52,088 bases of DNA from a virus: positions 1 through 52,088 of IMG/VR virus record IMGVR_UViG_3300035156_000020; one strand, given 5' to 3'. Position 1 is the first letter of the stretch. The number at the start of each line of letters is the position of its first letter. The position numbers and the translations under genes were made by a program. This document shows, one piece after another, positions 50,198 through 52,088 of the stretch. A model generated the notes under the pieces. It was not told the DNA's origin and did no database searches. It saw only the letters and a list, made by a program, of their open reading frames with translations.

Positions 50198-51997
50198 TTA
50201 GGAGACAGAGTAAGAGAGCCTCACACTACCGCCTGTGAACTCAGCATTATCAATACGCCTCAAACGGATGGTGATGGCAGAAGCCGTTGTCTGAGGATCG
50301 GAAAACTTATAGATGGCAATCATCGGCTGCTCCAGGTTGTCGCCTTGCCCAATCAACACACACTCAGGCTTATCAACAAACAAACCAACAGGGATGTTGA
50401 TTACGTGGTCGGAGTATGTCCCATTGACCGCCATAGGAACAACAACACTGCCCTGATACGGAACCTTAGGAATAACCTTGTTACCCACACCGTTGTTCGT
50501 TACCGCGTTAGAACAGTTGAGGAACTTGTTATTCAAACCAACGTGTACGCTGGAGGTATCTGTACTGAGAACAATACCGCTGTCCATCGACACAATGATG
50601 TTCTGGTCAATAACGGACGACTCAGTACCACTACCAGCCAACACCACAATACCGTTCTTGTTGGCAGCGCCAGAGAGGTAGTAGAGGACGTTGTTAGTAA
50701 TGATTGCAGCGAGGTCTGTACCAGGTACATCAATCTTCATCTGGATGTTGGCAGAGAGCGTTGCAGCCAGATTGGAGAAGTTCTGAATGTACAGGAGGTT
50801 ACCGTTGATGATTTGCTGTACAACGTTCACCGTATTCACACAAGCCTCTGTAGCGTTGATGTGACTGTTCACAATGGACAGCAGGGGCTTGCTCAGTGTC
50901 GTAGTCCAGTTGACGCCTGTACGAACCGCTACGAAGGCACATTGACTCAAGTACACACCCTCTGTAGTGCCTGTGACGTAAAGAGCATTCTTCACGAAGT
51001 AGACACGGCATTGGCTGAACTGAAGCTCTACAGGGGACGCATCACCAACCACCTCAAAGCCATACGAGCTATTCACTGTGGCGCTAGAACGATCCCCAAG
51101 GATACGGACGTTACGCACACTAATGTTACGTGCATTGTCAAATCGGAAGGCACTACGGAAGCCATACAGAGGGCCAGTACCGCTTACTTCACAATCCTCG
51201 ATAACAACCGTAGACGACGTACCACCAGCACCACCAACCCACACAATATCCACAACAGGCTTAGTGTTCTGATTGGTAGTACGGAAACCTACGCCATACA
51301 GAGAAAGCTCATTACCTTGATACTCTGCCTGTGTCCCACCTGAATACACCAGGTTGACGTTTGTACCGAAGACAATGTTAGACAGGCCAGCACCGTTACC
51401 CACTAACGTCAAACTACCATTAGCTGTTAGGTTACCCCCAACATAGTAGTTGCCATCAATGAACAGAGGCAGCTTGTTAGCAATGGCAGCATTAATAGCT
51501 GCTTGCATCTTCACTGTGTTGTTAGTACCCGTTGTACCATTCCAATCAGGCACAGCACCGAAGTCTTTAGGACTGATACGCTCCTGAAGCTTACTGGTGA
51601 TGGTACGGCTAACACCTCCCGTATAAGGAGAGACATACACCTTCGTAGCAGCCAGGTCACTCTCTACAATCTCTAACACCTCTTCAATAGCTCCCTGTAC
51701 GTTATCAGAGCTAATCTCGTTAGTGGGGCTGAATGTAATGAAGTTGGCTGTCTGTCCTGCCAGTCCTGCTATAGCGTTCTTAACATCCTTAAACCGTGCT
51801 GGATGGCTATCTGCTGTTGGAGCAGGGAGGTTGTACAGCTTCTTCCCATTGAGGTCTAGATTCACCTGTAAGGCATTGTCTACACCATCAGGATTGTCCC
51901 TGTACAGTACTTGCTCGTTGAATGCATCAGCAATCTTACGGAAGTTCTCATTGATCTGCGTAAGGTTGTGACCACTAACAAGAGTGTTCAATTCCAT
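50198..51997 (-). CDS. Tailspike 3: same N-terminal anchor domain as tailspike 1, plus a beta-helix domain.
   Basis: INENFRKIADAFNEQVLYRDNP...NGKKLYNLPAP, then SPKDFGAVPDWNG...AAINAAI. The start codon lies inside the right copy of the terminal overlap. Confidence 0.8.
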   Translation of the reverse strand: MELNTLVSGHNLTQINENFRKIADAFNEQVLYRDNPDGVDNALQVNLDLNGKKLYNLPAPTADSHPARFKDVKNAIAGLAGQTANFITFSPTNEISSDNVQGAIEEVLEIVESDLAATKVYVSPYTGGVSRTITSKLQERISPKDFGAVPDWNGTTGTNNTVKMQAAINAAIANKLPLFIDGNYYVGGNLTANGSLTLVGNGAGLSNIVFGTNVNLVYSGGTQAEYQGNELSLYGVGFRTTNQNTKPVVDIVWVGGAGGTSSTVVIEDCEVSGTGPLYGFRSAFRFDNARNISVRNVRILGDRSSATVNSSYGFEVVGDASPVELQFSQCRVYFVKNALYVTGTTEGVYLSQCAFVAVRTGVNWTTTLSKPLLSIVNSHINATEACVNTVNVVQQIINGNLLYIQNFSNLAATLSANIQMKIDVPGTDLAAIITNNVLYYLSGAANKNGIVVLAGSGTESSVIDQNIIVSMDSGIVLSTDTSSVHVGLNNKFLNCSNAVTNNGVGNKVIPKVPYQGSVVVPMAVNGTYSDHVINIPVGLFVDKPECVLIGQGDNLEQPMIAIYKFSDPQTTASAITIRLRRIDNAEFTGGSVRLSYSVS

Positions 51998-52088
51998 TTG
52001 TTTCCTTTGTGTTGAGACATCTGAGGGAAGGGGTGCTCAATGTCATAATTTTTGTGAGATATTATGGAGAGGTAATGCACCTATTAGC
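51962..52088. repeat. Terminal overlap copy 2 (identical to 1-127).
   Basis: Direct comparison of both ends. Confidence 0.9.

Noticed and set aside
1-52088. Searched for CRISPR arrays, integrase / repressor / excisionase genes, transposases, reverse transcriptase or DGR repeats, a single-subunit RNA polymerase, and rRNA genes.
   Set aside because: No regularly spaced repeats and no ORF with the corresponding motifs were seen. The genome looks strictly lytic and depends on host RNAP.

Overview
The window is one complete genome of a virulent podovirus: 51,961 bp unique, plus a 127-nt duplicate at the right end (1-127 = 51962-52088), most likely a circular-assembly overlap. It has two convergent arms.

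The plus-strand arm (about 680-24784) carries small early genes, an ORF-free 1.1-kb promoter-rich stretch and an eight-gene amidoligase / amidotransferase / ATP-grasp cassette. A replication module follows: T7 gp4-like primase-helicase, family A DNA polymerase, SSB-like protein and FEN-type exonuclease. This arm also holds a sigma-70/ECF-like factor, two free-standing endonuclease-like genes and a nucleotide-metabolism module (MazG-like, ThyX, metallophosphoesterase, dUTPase, class II RNR).

The minus-strand arm (51997 down to 24850) carries, in order:
- tailspike 3;
- a lysis cassette: holin, SAR-type endolysin, Rz with embedded Rz1;
- TerS, TerL, portal, tRNA-Thr(UGU), scaffold, HK97-type capsid and a T7-like adaptor and nozzle;
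- a GNAT-like protein, internal or ejection proteins including a 1579-aa giant, and two more beta-helix tailspikes;
- a LamG-like fibre and several small distal proteins.

No phage RNA polymerase, integrase, repressor or CRISPR array was recognised. The terminase, capsid and cassette content recalls PaP3/LUZ24-like and phiEco32-like phages; that is from memory, not a search.

The best candidate for an undescribed system is the cassette at 4984-12194. It encodes two different glutamine-synthetase-fold COOH-NH2 ligases, an ATP-grasp ligase, an Ntn (class II) amidotransferase fused to an unknown domain, a peptidase-C26 gamma-glutamyl hydrolase-like enzyme and three proteins of unknown function.

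Other signals not explained by gene calls:
- a conserved AT-rich element with NNGCT-AAC-AGCNN hairpins at two distant loci;
- strong sense-strand enrichment of GCTATCAY in the first 7.5 kb;
- a G-quadruplex-competent tract;
- two conserved enzymes whose N-termini lie upstream of any canonical start codon;
- a ThyX with KHK replacing the RHR signature.
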